The notes: generated from the sequence alone by a model not told the origin. Counted from the first letter of the whole stretch, positions 39,112 through 54,656 are shown. The stretch is 63,257 nt of DNA, filler included, from Reticulomyxa filosa (GCA_000512085.1; 22 parts of 22 records of this genome joined end to end with filler, not necessarily neighbours in it), one strand, 5' to 3'. Made by a program: numbers and translations.

Positions 39112-41281
39112 NNNNNNNNNNNNNNNNNNNNNNNNNNNNNNNNNNNNNNNNNNNNTTAATTAATTAANNNNNNNNNNNNNNNNNNNNNNNNNNNNNNNNN
39201 NNNNNNNNNNNAAAAAAAATTAGAGAAAAAGATGAAAAAAAAAAGAAAAATAGAAAAAATAAAAAAAAGAAAAAGATTAAAAAAAAGAAAAATGATTAAA
39301 TGAAAAAATAAAGAAGAAAAATGAAGAAAAAAAAAGAAGAAGACAAAAGAAAAACGTTGGTAGCTCAAGTTAGCGGAGCTTTGCGAAATAGGCTCATATC
39401 GCGTACGAGAAGGTGGAGAAGGACAACGAAAGAAGATGGGGAATGGCAATGCAGGAGTAGCAAATCGAGTGGTGAAAGCTTGTTTGTGCTCACATTAATG
39501 GCGAACAAGTTTGTGTTTATTGTTATTTGTTTGCACAAAGATAGCGCCTGCGAAAAATGAGTCGCTGTGGAAATTGGTGCCAACTACGAACGGCGAATGA
39601 GCGACGATTGGAGACTGGTCGCACTTATCGAAAGTGTACTTGGACAGTTTACAAGATTTTCCAGCTCATCGAGATCTTAGTTCCATCAAATTACAGAAGC
39701 AAGCTCGTCAAAGAAAAAAAGAAATCGCGAAAAGTAGAAAGATGGTATTGGACGGCGGCAGCGACTAAACTGAGTGCAGAAGTGGCAGGCAAAGAAACGA
39801 ACGCATACATTGTTTTGAAGATATCCATTTGTTGAAGTAATTGTGATAAGCTCAAGACACCAGCAGCAGAAGAGGAGATTTGGGTGATGAAGTAGAAAGA
39901 GTATTCCAAGTTAGATTTGTTTTTTGTTTGTTTTTTTTAAAATTAGTTTACTTTGCTTAATGTTATGAAATGGCTCTTCATGTTCGCGAATGGCGACTTT
40001 GCGGGTTCCGGACATAAACTTACACCATATAGCGCTCCCCAATAGAAGATGGAAATGTCAAGATAGTTGCAGATCGAAACATTGGAAGAGTTTGTTCGTC
40101 ATCAACGTTGGGCGCACACAAGTCTTTCCACAGCATAGTTATTGGCGTGGCAAAGCACCGACGATTGCCCGAACTACGATCTGCCGGCAACGAACAATGA
40201 AAGCTCGATTATGAAGATTGCGCTAATCTTATGAATGCAGGAAAATAGTCAACGATTGTGTGCGTGCGCATATGCGCAACTTCAATTTTGAATAATGTGT
40301 ATGCTAATAGTGTGGGCTCGCGAGAGGAACAAAAAGAGTTTGTTTGATAAACGCAACTCTTGCAGCAACAAACCATCTTTGCTGAAATGTCTCCAGGATC
40401 GCCTATGGACTAACAGACGACTTATTGGGTTAGAGCAATGAAAGGCGAGTGCTTTGAATTGGAAATCGAATATTGAAGTTCGTCGTATTCAACAAGCAAG
40501 TTGAACCATCCAACGCAAGAAAGAATAATAATAACGGACACATCCGATAATGAAGAAAAAAATAAAAATGGCATCCTCACTACTTGGACATACAGTCCAA
40601 AAGTTATCGAACGCATTGGATAATGGTTATTGAAAATTCTCAGCATTCATTAACATGAGTATAAAGTGTGGTCCCTTCATTACAATAGCGGCAACAGCAA
40701 CAATAGTGGATAAACTTCGGCTTTTGAAGATGATGGCATTGGAACAATCGAACAAAATTATCACTGCCAAATCGCGGGACAACCTGTATCTTGTTGGTGC
40801 TGCCGACTACGAAAACGAGATTGCCAAGACAAAAAAAAAAAGATGTCGTATATCGTTTCAATTTTGCACGATATTATCACATTCTACGGTATCACAAAGG
40901 CAGCAACAAGACTCTGGATTGATCGAAGAAGTTGAAAAAAAACAAATAAAAGGACTTGGATGTTGTATATGAAATACTCGCAATGGTGGTCAAGTGAAGT
41001 CACTATATCATTGGACTATTCTTTCGATGACATAGTTTAATTTGGCAAAGGAGTTGTGTGAAGCACAAATCAAGATCGCCAGCAAACAAGGAGAATATGA
41101 TGACGACAATGAATGGAAGAAAGAGTATTCGGATTTCATACTGCGTTGGATTTTTTTAAAAAAAAAAAAANNNNNNNNNNNNNNNNNNNNNNNNNNNNNN
41201 NNNNNNNNNNNNNNTTAATTAATTAANNNNNNNNNNNNNNNNNNNNNNNNNNNNNNNNNNNNNNNNNNNNAAAAAAAAAGG

Positions 41282-41317
<36 letters not shown>

Positions 41318-41342
41318 TTTATATACATATTATTACATGTAC

Positions 41343-41375
<33 letters not shown>

Positions 41376-41400
41376 CATATATGTACATCAAATCAAATAG

Positions 41401-42775
41401 AGAATTTGTGACCGAGTTAAGAAAGAAAATAATCAATGGCCGGCCCAAAGAATCTCAACTGGCAACAGAATGCTTCATCAAGTTGCATTCTCCGCTACAC
41501 TTGGCTGCCATCGATCAATTATCCAAAGTTACAAACCAAACTTTTTTTTTATTTATTTATTGATTTGTTTATTGATCTCATTTGTAATTGAATTTTTTTT
41601 TTTTTCCTCTAAAAAAGGAATGTTTGAATAAATTAGATATGAAAGAAACAAATTTGGCAACAATTTTGGCGGCATTGTCAGTGATTGCAAGACAGAGTGT
41701 GAAGAGTTTTTCCCCAATTGCGTCCAAAGTGAAGCGCTTTTTGTTGGACACGTTGCTGCCTTCCTCTACCTCGGTCGTCACCGACGCAAACCAAGCAGCT
41801 GCACATTCCCACCAGAGGAGAGTCAGATCAAGGCCAAGTGCAAAATCACCACAACCACCGACGGAAAAAGAAAAAGAAAAAGAAAAAGACAAGACAGAGG
41901 CTCTTTCTACCAGTCCATCTTCGTCTTCGTCTTTGTCTATCATTCAATGTAAAGAATTGGGGATGGATGTGTTAACCAATTATTTGCTCGCATTAGCCTC
42001 CTATTCACAGCCCAAGACCGCTACGAAACGACGTGTCTCGCTGCCTCTTTTCAAAGTCCCTCCAAAGAAACTCCACGAGGTTTATATAATGTATATATAT
42101 ATATACATATATGTTATGTTGTGTTGTTATTGTGATTGCTATTGAAAAAGGTCTTGATTTGGACTTGAGAGAGTCCGATGATGGAAATGACGAACCTGCA
42201 AAAGACTTGGCAAAGAAAAGCCAGAAATCACCCCTCCGTTCAGTTTCTCGTTACCACCCAATTTAAACCATACAAACACAAACACAAATACAAACACAAA
42301 TACAAACACAAATATAAACACAGCTATAAATACAACGTATATCCCACATCCTTTATATATCTCATATATATATACATATATATATATATATGTAAACATA
42401 TAAACATATGTGCATATAAATTTGTATATGTAAAGCAACTTCGAGCGAGAGGACAGTGACCAAAAGCACGTTCGACGTAGTTTTCGGAATAAACTTGGAT
42501 AACGAGGCGATGCCCATAATGCAGATGTTTTTGTCTGTGATACAGAGCAATGGGGAATGGAAGAAGCGTGAGAGTGCAAGGATGACTCCGCAGTTGCTGC
42601 ACTATCTGCAACGAAAGAGCCAGCAGTCCACGGCGTCAAGCAGCGAAGAGGAGGATTCAAGTCCTCGGAAGCAGAGTCCATTTGATCGAAGCAAAACCAC
42701 GAAGGAAGGAGAGCTATCATCCGAGCAAGTCCGACTTATTATCAAAGCAGCTACGGTGAGTCTATTCAAACAAAC
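41401..42775 (+). CDS. PDS5-like cohesin regulator (HEAT repeats), internal fragment
   Basis: Collinear resemblance to remembered PDS5 segments: NGRPKESQLATECFI, LATILAALSVIAR, CKELGMDVLTNYLLAL, MFLSVIQSNGE and EQVRLIIKAAT. Confidence 0.55.
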
Positions 42776-44526
42776 AAAAAAGAAATACAAAGTTGTGTGT
42801 GTGTGTGTTATTTAAACTTTTTTTTTTTAAAAAAAAAAAAAAATTAACAAACAACAANNNNNNNNNNNNNNNNNNNNNNNNNNNNNNNNNNNNNNNNNNN
42901 NTTAATTAATTAANNNNNNNNNNNNNNNNNNNNNNNNNNNNNNNNNNNNNNNNNNNNAGCAGAATGAGATGAAATTTGAATTACTTTTGCTTATTTACAA
43001 AAAATTAAACTATTCCACCACGTTGTGTCAACAAAAAAAAAATAGTTTGATTTGATTTCAACTTAAAACTTATTCTTATTCAAATTACAATAACGACAAA
43101 AATTGGGACTAAGTTTTTTTCATTATCAAACAAAAAAATCCTTGATAGGTTTTTTCTTATTTTTTTATGAAAAAAAACTCTCAAATATTGACATTACATA
43201 AATTATGACAGTTATTGTCAAAAATATTCCAAGGAAGACAAAAACTTTTCTTAATGATAATATTTGCGATAAACTGTTGATGATTGCATTCAAATTAAGT
43301 CAAACAAATTCAATACCATATTTCCATCAAACCTTTCAAAAAAACGTTTTCAATTCTTGTTGGACAAATCAAAGTACCCCAATACAAATGTGGCCTTAAA
43401 AGTACTTCCCTTCAAAAAAAAAGATGATGATAACTGATATACTTTGTCTTAATGTTTCAAAAGATTTAAAATGCAATTGCATATTCGAAGCCAAATGATC
43501 TTGTATCATAGGTTTCAAATGTGTATGGTCTCATGTGAATTTATCATTTCCTTTTGTCAATTTTTAAAAGTTGATTTTCCAATCGTTTTCATTTGATATT
43601 TCATAAAAATTTGTCATTGAACACATTTTACAAAAGAAATAAGGCAAATTTTGCACAACGTTACATGACAAGTAGTGTTTGTTCAACACTTTTGTACTTA
43701 ATCTTTTTTCATGGCTTCAGCTTTGCCAAAGCTAGTGATAATCTTTAAAACAGCTTGACCAAGAATTGTGTTATTTCAAAAAAATAGTCGCATTGACATC
43801 CTTGTCATTTTTTTAATTTGTTTAAGATATTCAAGTTTTATATCAATATTTGAAGGGCCACAAAAATTTTTACAAGAACTTTTGAAAAGAAAAAGCGCGT
43901 TAATCTGTTACTTTAAACCAAGCTTTTTTTTGAAACTGTCTTATAAAATGGATCAAACTGAAAGACGAAAAGGAGTCAGTTCAAATACCTCTATTAACTC
44001 TTTTTTGTGTATAACTTAAATCGGTATTAACAAAACAAATTGTAATGATAAAAAGAGATTTGAGCAGTAAACATAGCAAAAAATTGGCAATTTTCCTATG
44101 CTTTCAAAACATAATTAAAATTGGAGATATTGCTGTTGCTAATTATCTTTTTTTGTTTGTTTGTCTTTTTTAAAAAGATTTCACACAAATCACTTTGATC
44201 TTTTAAATTTAAGTAACAGCAATAATGTGGAGTTCAGAAACTGAAAAAATTTTGGTTAAGAACTTTGGAATACTTGCTATGTCATGAACGCAGTAGAACT
44301 GGTCTATGAAAATCACAAAGAAATGAAAACTGCACTGATTATGGGAGAGAAATGTCCGAAGCAATATTTGATGCAGAAATCAATGTCAGGCAATATGTAG
44401 ACAAATTGGTCCCTTTTTTTTTTTTTNNNNNNNNNNNNNNNNNNNNNNNNNNNNNNNNNNNNNNNNNNNNTTAATTAATTAANNNNNNNNNNNNNNNNNN
44501 NNNNNNNNNNNNNNNNNNNNNNNNNN

Positions 44527-45218
44527 ATATACATATATACATATATGTAAATACAAACCAAGCCAAGTCTCTACTCGCCAATGCCGACCAGTGCCATAAC
44601 GATGTTTATAAATTTTTTCCACTTCCGTGTAAATATGTTCACGTGTTGCACGTTTGGTTGCTCCAAACTTGCTTTTCACAGCCTCTTTTTTTTTATTTAA
44701 TTTATTTGTTTATTAGTTTAAAAAAAAATTAAATATACACATATATACATATATATGTACATGTATATATATACCCCTCCCCCTATTCACACATATACAT
44801 AGTGCTCACCAATAGTCGCTTGGGGTCGTTTGTTGTTTTGTTGTTGCTTTTTTAGCTGTGATCGAAGCTCTGCTAGTTGCTTTGAATCCTCTATTTTTGT
44901 TCGCTCAACTATGCCGAGATTTTCTAATATCGGCCAAAAATCATTTGCTAGGCGTCGAATGCGTGATAGTGGAACGCTTTCTTGCTCTTGCCCACTTGAT
45001 GCTATTTCATTGTCTTTCTTTTTTTCTATCTCTTTGTCTTCTTTTTCTTCTTTGTTTGCGTTCTCTTTTGTCGATGAACTATTCTCGTACGTCTTTCCAT
45101 TGTCACTGTTTCCTTTGGGAGAATTTGAATAAAGATGCCGAAAATGCCAATATGGATTCCGAGCGCTTGAATAAGACCAAAGATACTTTCTTCTCACGCC
45201 ACGGAATAAAAGCGACAT
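44527..45218 (-). CDS. Hypothetical protein with mitochondrial-presequence-like N-terminus, 3' partial
   Basis: MSLLFRGVRRKYLWSYSSARNPYWHFRHLYSNS is Arg/Ser-rich and acid-free. Second exon about 44560-44683. Confidence 0.55.
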
Positions 45219-45552
45219 GCAAATGTTGCCGATTTATAATGCGATTTCAAGAAAAAAAGTTTAAATGTCTTACCCTGCCACCCCCCTCCCCAACCACGTG
45301 AAGTAAACAAAAAAATTCAATGGTTTTCTACAAATACAAAGATAACACAGTTTCTAAGAAAACTTGTACTAGCAAACACAAAAACATTCATTTAAATTTT
45401 ATTTGCCTAAATTTGTGTTCTTCAAATAAAAATTTTTTTTTTAGTCATTGTCTTTGCGTTTGTATTAAATGTCTACTACAATTGTTGAAAATCAAACCAA
45501 AGACTATTGGAAAAGGGGAAAGAGCCACTTTTTAAGAGCGAACAAATAAAAT

Positions 45553-46390
45553 ATGGAAGTGACTCAATCTATCAACGTGTATACCCCAGAGCAAGTAAAT
45601 CAGTTGGCTTCTCAAGTAATTACCGCCGTCGAATCTGCCAATGTGCCAACTGTAGAGGAGGCCATTGCACGAATGGCCGTGTCGGGGGAGTGTTACGCCG
45701 TACCAGAAGTTCAAGCCGTATATCTGTACAAAGACCAAAAATACAGCCGAGAAGAAGTCTCGATTTTTTTAGCACAACAGTTTGTAAAAAAAAAAAAGTT
45801 TTTTTTAGAAGAAAAGTGGAGTCACCTTACAAACAAAAATGTGTCTTCACTTTTTTTTTTTTTTGCAACATATAATGGTGACAACAACAATAAACAAACA
45901 ACAAAAAACTGTGTTCAGTGGAGCAAACAATCCACGATTGTTGGAAGCATATTTTCATTTGGTTGACCTAACAAATGAAACATTGCTGTCAAGTTTACGA
46001 CGCTACCATCATGAATTGCGTTTGCGCGTGCCAAAAAATGACAACTTAGCTAATGTGTTGTTACGTGGTTTTGCACAGAAATTTTTGAGGGACAACAGCA
46101 ACAAGTCCGCCTTTGATATGTACGTGTATGTCGACGAAAGTGGAGTTGACATGCAAAACGAAGTGATTAAGGATAAGGACACAACAACAGAACTGCTTCT
46201 TCCCCAATCAGAGCGAAGGAACACAGTTCGTACTTTGGATGTCGAAGATTGTGTGACTATCTATCAATTGATATTAGTTTGTGAAAATGGGTTTCATTAC
46301 AAAATTGCCAGTGGACGAAGTCGAATGACTTTCCAACAGTATTTGGACATTTGGGCTGCTAAAAACGCCCATTATTTACCTGGATATTGT
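45553..46390 (+). CDS. Hypothetical protein, 3' partial
   Basis: ATG exon 45553-about 45780, a homopolymer-rich intron, then a long open exon to about 46390. Confidence 0.55.
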
Positions 46391-46585
46391 TACAAGAAAA
46401 AAAAAAAAAAAAAAAAANNNNNNNNNNNNNNNNNNNNNNNNNNNNNNNNNNNNNNNNNNNNTTAATTAATTAANNNNNNNNNNNNNNNNNNNNNNNNNNN
46501 NNNNNNNNNNNNNNNNNCCTTTTTTTTTTGATTGGCTCTCCCCTTCTTGCCCTCCTTTTTGTTTTTTTTTTTTTTTTTGGAATAC

Positions 46586-46920
46586 CTATGGCACACAACA
46601 CTTCTTCTTTTGCGGCGAGCGCGTCAGTGTTAGCATATATGTCTGCAGATACTGATGCTTGGACTTCCACTGGAAAACAGTATCTGTCCAAGGCCACATA
46701 CAATTCCTTGGCTGTGCGTTCAGGGCCTAATGCTAACGCTACTGTTTGCAAGGCGCTTACTGCCTCCAATTGGACTTCCACACTTTCATCCTATGCATTG
46801 TCACAGAGGTACAATCGGTTGGAACAATCACAACTCACGCTTTTTGCTTGTGTTTTTGTTCTTATACCCAACTTTTAAATCCTCACGAAGAACTTCTAAC
46901 GGATCTACAGTGTCTGACAT
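46586..46920 (-). CDS. Protein phosphatase 2A scaffold (A/PR65) subunit, N-terminal fragment
   Basis: MSDTVDPLEVLREDLK / DESVEVQLEAVSALQTVALALGPERTAKEL...EEVLCAI matches PR65 HEAT repeat 1 ([40 protein letters not shown]). Confidence 0.8.
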
Positions 46921-47765
46921 TTAAAATATTATTTGAATGCTCTCCAAAGCCTCAATATATTGTAGAATGTGTAATTTATATTTTATATTTTTGCCGGACA
47001 GTTGGAAGTTCATACGTTGTCCACCCGGACCTCCCAATCCAATCGGTTGCAATGTCAAATGTGAACCGTGAAAAATTTTAGCGAAGAAAATTATAACGTC
47101 TTTATACTTGAGTCTTATTGCAGCGTTCAAGTTAACTCCGTGCATGATTTATTGCATAGAGCTACTTTGGAGTCTTTATCTTAACTGCAGCCTACAGTAA
47201 TTATTTAAAAAAGGTATACAAAGAAACAATTTCTTTGTAGATATTATTTGCAAGTATTCTAAGATATTCCAAAATTTCATATGTAAAAGATTAGTTTATA
47301 CCACAATAATCACTGCTGACATTGTTTGAAACTTGACAAAAGATTTCAAGCGAGATCAGCGCAAGAAAGTTAACGCATAGTTAATTGCGGTTAGTGACAA
47401 AAATCAAAACCTGAAATAGTGTTTTACGAAGATTACCCAGTTTTTATGTAAAAATTGACTTTTTTTAAATATAATAAATCATATTTTTTATTTAATCTAT
47501 TCGACTTGTGAACTTGCCAAATTTTTTAAAGCATTTTTACTTTTGATATACTCTTTTTGATTATTTTTAAAAGTTTTTAAAGATACATCTTTTGAATACA
47601 TTTCATTTTTTTGCGTTTTTTGAACAAATTCTAATTTTTTTGTATCCCAAGAATCTGTACATTNNNNNNNNNNNNNNNNNNNNNNNNNNNNNNNNNNNNN
47701 NNNNNNNTTAATTAATTAANNNNNNNNNNNNNNNNNNNNNNNNNNNNNNNNNNNNNNNNNNNNTC

Positions 47766-47987
47766 AGCATTCTGGCGTTCAACCAGCGCGGCGCGCTGGC
47801 CGACATCGCCGCCGCCATCTCGCACGCCTCGGCCAATATCGAGACCGTGGACACCCAGGACAACCATAGCCAGGACGGCTACATCCACATCCATTTCCGC
47901 CTGCAGGTAGACAACCTGCAGCATCTGGAAAAGGTGCTGGCACAGGTACAGCAGGTAGAAGTCGTCCAGCGCGCAGAAAGACGCTAG
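47766..47987 (+). CDS. spoT: RelA/SpoT family C-terminal ACT domain, 5' partial
   Basis: ILAFNQRGALADIAAAISHASANIETV...FRLQVDNLQHLEKVLAQVQQVEVVQRAERR*. Not in the ORF track because it lacks a start codon. Confidence 0.8.
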   Translation, partial: SILAFNQRGALADIAAAISHASANIETVDTQDNHSQDGYIHIHFRLQVDNLQHLEKVLAQVQQVEVVQRAERR

Positions 47988-47991
47988 CAGC

Positions 47992-48198
47992 ATGCCAAGC
48001 ATCCGCATCAACGGCGAAGAGCGCCGCCTCGACGCCGCCATCATCACCCTCGCCGCGCTGGTAACCGAACTGGGCCTCACCGGCAAGCGCATCGCCATCG
48101 AGCGCAACGGCGAAATCGTACCGCGTAGCCAGCACGCCAACACCCCGCTTGCAGAGGGTGACGAGCTGGAAATCGTCGTCGCCGTGGGCGGCGGCTAA
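47992..48198 (+). CDS. thiS: Thiamine biosynthesis sulfur carrier protein
   Basis: IRINGE...[13 protein letters not shown]...[13 protein letters not shown] with C-terminal GG. Lies upstream of thiG. Confidence 0.95.
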   Translation: MPSIRINGEERRLDAAIITLAALVTELGLTGKRIAIERNGEIVPRSQHANTPLAEGDELEIVVAVGGG

Positions 48199-48217
48199 CT
48201 TAAGCAAGGGACCAAGC

Positions 48218-49012
48218 GTGCAAGACCCACTGATCATCGCCGGAAAATCCTACCAATCCCGCCTGCTGGTTGGCACCGGCAAGTACCGCGACTTCCAGCA
48301 AACCGCCGACGCGCTGGACGCCTCCGGCTGCGAGATTGTCACCGTGGCCATCCGCCGCGTGAACCTGGGACAGAACCCCAACGAGCCGAATCTGCTGGAC
48401 TTTTTGCCGAAAAACCGGTATACACTGCTGCCCAACACGGCAGGCTGCTACACCGCAGACGACGCCGTGCGCACCCTGCGCCTCGCGCGCGAGCTGCTGG
48501 ACGACCACCGTCTGGTCAAGCTGGAAGTGCTGGGTGACCCGCATACCTTGTACCCCAATGTACGCGACACACTCAAAGCTGCCGAAACCCTGGTGAAGGA
48601 AGGCTTTGACGTGATGGTCTACACCTCGGATGACCCCATCGTGGCGAAAGAGCTGGAACAGATCGGCTGCTGCGCCATCATGCCGCTAGCCAGCCTGATC
48701 GGCTCCGGCATGGGCATCCTGAACCCGTGGAACCTGCAGCTCATCATCGAGCAATCGAACGTTCCCGTGCTGGTAGATGCCGGCGTGGGCACCGCCTCGG
48801 ACGCCACCATCGGCATGGAGCTGGGTTGCGACGGGGTACTGATGAATACCGCCATTGCTGCCGCACAAGATCCTGTGCGGATGGCACTGGCCATGAAACT
48901 GGGCGTCCAGGCCGGTCGCGAAGCGTACCTGGCCGGGCGTATGCCTAAACGCTTTTATTCGGCGACACCGAGTTCGCCACGTGAGGGGGTGATTTCTTCC
49001 CGTTCAGGGTGA
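48218..49012 (+). CDS. thiG: Thiazole synthase
   Basis: [45 protein letters not shown] and [12 protein letters not shown] start at 48218 follows an AAGGGA ribosome-binding site. Confidence 0.97.
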   Translation: MQDPLIIAGKSYQSRLLVGTGKYRDFQQTADALDASGCEIVTVAIRRVNLGQNPNEPNLLDFLPKNRYTLLPNTAGCYTADDAVRTLRLARELLDDHRLVKLEVLGDPHTLYPNVRDTLKAAETLVKEGFDVMVYTSDDPIVAKELEQIGCCAIMPLASLIGSGMGILNPWNLQLIIEQSNVPVLVDAGVGTASDATIGMELGCDGVLMNTAIAAAQDPVRMALAMKLGVQAGREAYLAGRMPKRFYSATPSSPREGVISSRSG

Positions 49013-49052
49013 TGCGCAGTGCACACAAATACCCGTTGCCACGCATCTGGCT

Positions 49053-49081
49053 TTTACAAAAGCTACAACGTTGTTTAGAAT
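49053..49081 (+). promoter_or_regulatory. Putative sigma70 promoter of rpsU
   Basis: TTTACA (49053-49058), 17-nt spacer, TAGAAT (49076-49081), in an AT-rich intergenic stretch. Confidence 0.6.
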
Positions 49082-49138
49082 ACTCATTTTTCTCGGGGCG
49101 GAAACGCCCCAAGCCAAAGAATCAAGGACCTCAGCTAA

Positions 49139-49351
49139 ATGCCGACTATCCGCGTTAAAGAAAACGAGCCGTTCGAAGTAGCCATGCGTCGCTTCAAGCG
49201 CGCTATCGAAAAGACCGGTCTGCTGACCGAACTGCGTGCACGCGAATTCTACGAAAAGCCGACCGCAGAACGTAAGCGCAAGAAAGCTGCTGCCGTGAAG
49301 CGCCACTACAAGCGCATCCGCAGCCAGATGCTGCCGCCGAAGCTGTACTAA
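49139..49351 (+). CDS. rpsU: 30S ribosomal protein S21
   Basis: [56 protein letters not shown], a betaproteobacterial-type S21. Confidence 0.98.
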   Translation: MPTIRVKENEPFEVAMRRFKRAIEKTGLLTELRAREFYEKPTAERKRKKAAAVKRHYKRIRSQMLPPKLY

Positions 49352-49370
49352 GCTTTCCGGTAGCACACAC

Positions 49371-49397
49371 AAGACCGCAGGCCTGGCCTGCGGTTTT
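49371..49397 (+). terminator. Intrinsic terminator/attenuator-like hairpin after rpsU
   Basis: aagaccgcaggc-ctg-gcctgcggtttt stem-loop with a short U tail. Confidence 0.65.
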
Positions 49398-49463
49398 GCC
49401 ATTTATGCGCTGGCTGCAGCAGCCGCTGCGGCCAACCCCACTCTTTCCAGCCTGGACACCATC

Positions 49464-49910
49464 ATGAGCCTGAAAGCCCGCATCTCCGAAGACATGAAAA
49501 GCGCCATGAAAGCGCGCGAAACCGAACGCCTGGCCGCTATCCGCCTGCTGATGGCCGCCATCAAGCAGAAGGAAGTGGACGAGCGCGTAGAGCTGGACGA
49601 TGCCGGCATCACCGCCGTGGTGGACAAGATGCTGAAACAGCGCCGCGACTCCATCACCCAGTACGAAGCCGCCAACCGCCAGGACCTGGCCGACAAGGAA
49701 AAGGCCGAAATGGCCGTGCTGACCGCTTACCTGCCGCAACAGCTTACCGCCGAAGAAATCGACGTGATGATTGACGGCGCCATCGCCGCCAGCGGCGCTG
49801 CCGGCATGCAGGACATGGGCAAAGTGATGGCGCTGCTGAAGCCGCACATGGCCGGCCGTGCCGACATGGGCGCGGTATCCGCCCGCATCAAGGCCAAACT
49901 GGCCGGCTAA
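49464..49910 (+). CDS. GatB/YqeY domain protein
   Basis: MSLKARISEDMKSAMKARE...KQRRDSITQYEAANRQDLADKEKAE...YLPQQL...DMGKVM. Canonical position between rpsU and dnaG. Confidence 0.95.
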   Translation: MSLKARISEDMKSAMKARETERLAAIRLLMAAIKQKEVDERVELDDAGITAVVDKMLKQRRDSITQYEAANRQDLADKEKAEMAVLTAYLPQQLTAEEIDVMIDGAIAASGAAGMQDMGKVMALLKPHMAGRADMGAVSARIKAKLAG

Positions 49911-49919
49911 CCCAGCCGG

Positions 49920-50022
49920 ATGATCCCGCAGGATTTCATCGACCAGCTACTGTCCCGCGTCGACATCGTCGACGTGGTGGACAGGTACGTCCCGCTGAAA
50001 AAGGCAGGCCAGAACTACATGG
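49920..50022 (+). CDS. dnaG: DNA primase N-terminus, 3' partial
   Basis: MIPQDFIDQLLSRVDIVDVVDRYVPLKKAGQNYM, plus rpsU-yqeY-dnaG synteny. Confidence 0.92.
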
Positions 50023-50239
50023 NNNNNNNNNNNNNNNNNNNNNNNNNNNNNNNNNNNNNNNNNNNNTTAATTAATTAANNNNNNNNNNNNNNNNNNNNNN
50101 NNNNNNNNNNNNNNNNNNNNNNTATATATATATATCATAAATAATGACAATTGACAATAATGTAAACGCATTATTTATTTTTACACATTGCTTTTTTTTT
50201 TTTTTTTTAAAAAAACCAAACTATGAGAAATGAAACGGT

Positions 50240-51370
50240 AGGTAGTTTGGGATTGGAGAAATCTTCAAACGACAGGATACTACTGACCAAGTGTTCCTTG
50301 TGAGTTTTGCCGGACTTGTCTTTAACACGAATGACTTGCATGGATAAGTCTAAGACCAGTTCTCGGGATTGGTCTCTCCCCCATTTGTCTTTTTTCTTCA
50401 CTGTGAACTCGTACGACGTTTTGGCCTGTTTTCCAAACTCCTCTTCGATCCATTCTTTTTTTGCATAGACATGTCCTCGATAAGGTCCACTACTTCTTTT
50501 TATTCGACGTGCATTACTGTTTTCTTTTTCTCCTTTTTCTTCCTTTTCTTCTTCTTCTTTTCCTCTTTCTTCTTCTTTTTTCTTCTCGTTGTTCTCTTGT
50601 GTCTCATGAGACGCTATCTTAGTGGTCAAGCTATTGCTACCGTGGGCATTTCGGCGCGATTTCTTCTCCACCACCTTGTCGCGCGACGCTTTTTTTTTGT
50701 CTTTGCCGCCCCCCTTCCTCGAGACCCCACTTGCGTCTTTGTTTGCCCTTCTTTCGTCGTGCGTCGTCTTTGTGACAACGCCTCCGTGCTGTTCCTTCTC
50801 TTCGCATTCCTTTGGCAATGTCTCTGTGTCAACGTCATTCGACACGTCCCAGGTCTCGTACAAGTCCAACTGTTCGACGTCATCGCTCGCCTTGTTTCAA
50901 CAAAAGACAAAAAAAAAAAAAAAAGGAATGACAAATGACAAAAAAAAAGGGCGATTAAAAAAAAAAAAAAAAAAAAATAGGAAACTGAGGAAGACAAGCA
51001 AGGATCACTGTCCACATAGTCGTCGTCATCAAATAAGTGATGAAACAAAAGCTCCTCTTGCTCTTGATAGGACGGGACTACTTTCGACTTCACACGGAGG
51101 ACGTCGGGCTTGCTTATTGTGCCAGCGTCTTTAGTATCGTTAGCATTTTTAATGTCCTCACCGCTCTTCACGTCGTCCGTGTCCCCGTGGTCCTTCTCAT
51201 ACTTTCTTATCGCGTTTGACAGAGTAAACAAGTTCTTCATGTTCGAGCGGTACTCATACTCGCATTTGCGGTGGCTTCGTTGCGTCATGTTCAGCATTTC
51301 CGGGTCCGATTTCCCACGACGCCGATGGCGCAGACGTTTGTATTTGTTTGTTTTGTATCTTGACTTCCAA
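50240..51370 (-). CDS. Hypothetical protein fragment, charged, with possible PH-like domain
   Basis: Two exons. YEFTVKKKDKWGRDQSRELVLDLSMQVIRVKD resembles the start of a PH-like fold. Confidence 0.5.
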
Positions 51371-51572
51371 CGTTCCTTTTTTTTTTTTTTTTGAAAGGAG
51401 GTGTGAATAACGTATGAAAAAGGGGAACAAAAAAAAAAAAAAAAAAAAAAATGTTAAAAAAAAAAAAAAAAANNNNNNNNNNNNNNNNNNNNNNNNNNNN
51501 NNNNNNNNNNNNNNNNTTAATTAATTAANNNNNNNNNNNNNNNNNNNNNNNNNNNNNNNNNNNNNNNNNNNN

Positions 51573-54002
<2,430 letters not shown>

Positions 54003-54656
54003 TTGAGTAGGGCGTGCCATTTATTGTCACAAAGCAAAACAAATTGGCACTCGATCCACTTCTTTCCTTTTTTTTTATGTGTTTGTCAGTCCTTTTTTTG
54101 AAATGTTTCTCATTTGGTTGCTTGAAGGCATTGGTTTTTGTTGTTGTTAAACTTACTTGTTTCATACAAACTTTTTTTAAATTGCAGTTTGTGGACATCA
54201 TTTCGACGTCGTGCACAAGGCAAATACATAAATAAAATCGTCCCTACTGCAAGCACGTTACCTATGATGAAGAGTTTGTGTTTATGGATTTTTTAGTATG
54301 TCCCATCAATCAGATGCTTTTTTTTTCCCTTTTTAGTTGGTTCTTAAGTAAGCAAAATTTGCCGAGGTTTGTTCAAAACTTTTGGCTGGCATCGAACATT
54401 TAAAAAATTGTAGCAGCAAAAGAACAAAACTGTTTACAAAACTGAGGATATTGTGTATAGATTTTTTCCGACAATAAATTAACAAGTTCGGAGTGTCTGA
54501 CTCTAAAGAAAATACTAGCAGATTGTGCAAAGTCGCATTTTTTAGTTTTCATTGGAGATATTAACAACTAGTTTGATCCAGAAACTAAAAATGTTTCGCT
54601 AAAAGACAATTACAATCAAACTCACACAATTCTCTATTATTGTAATTACAACAAGA

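Noticed and set aside
42958-44426. Possible decayed ARM/HEAT-repeat gene
   Set aside because: Only vague helical fragments with many stops. It cannot be supported without a profile search.
47712-49847. Long antisense ORFs over spoT, thiG, rpsU and yqeY
   Set aside because: These are shadow ORFs typical of GC-rich coding DNA.
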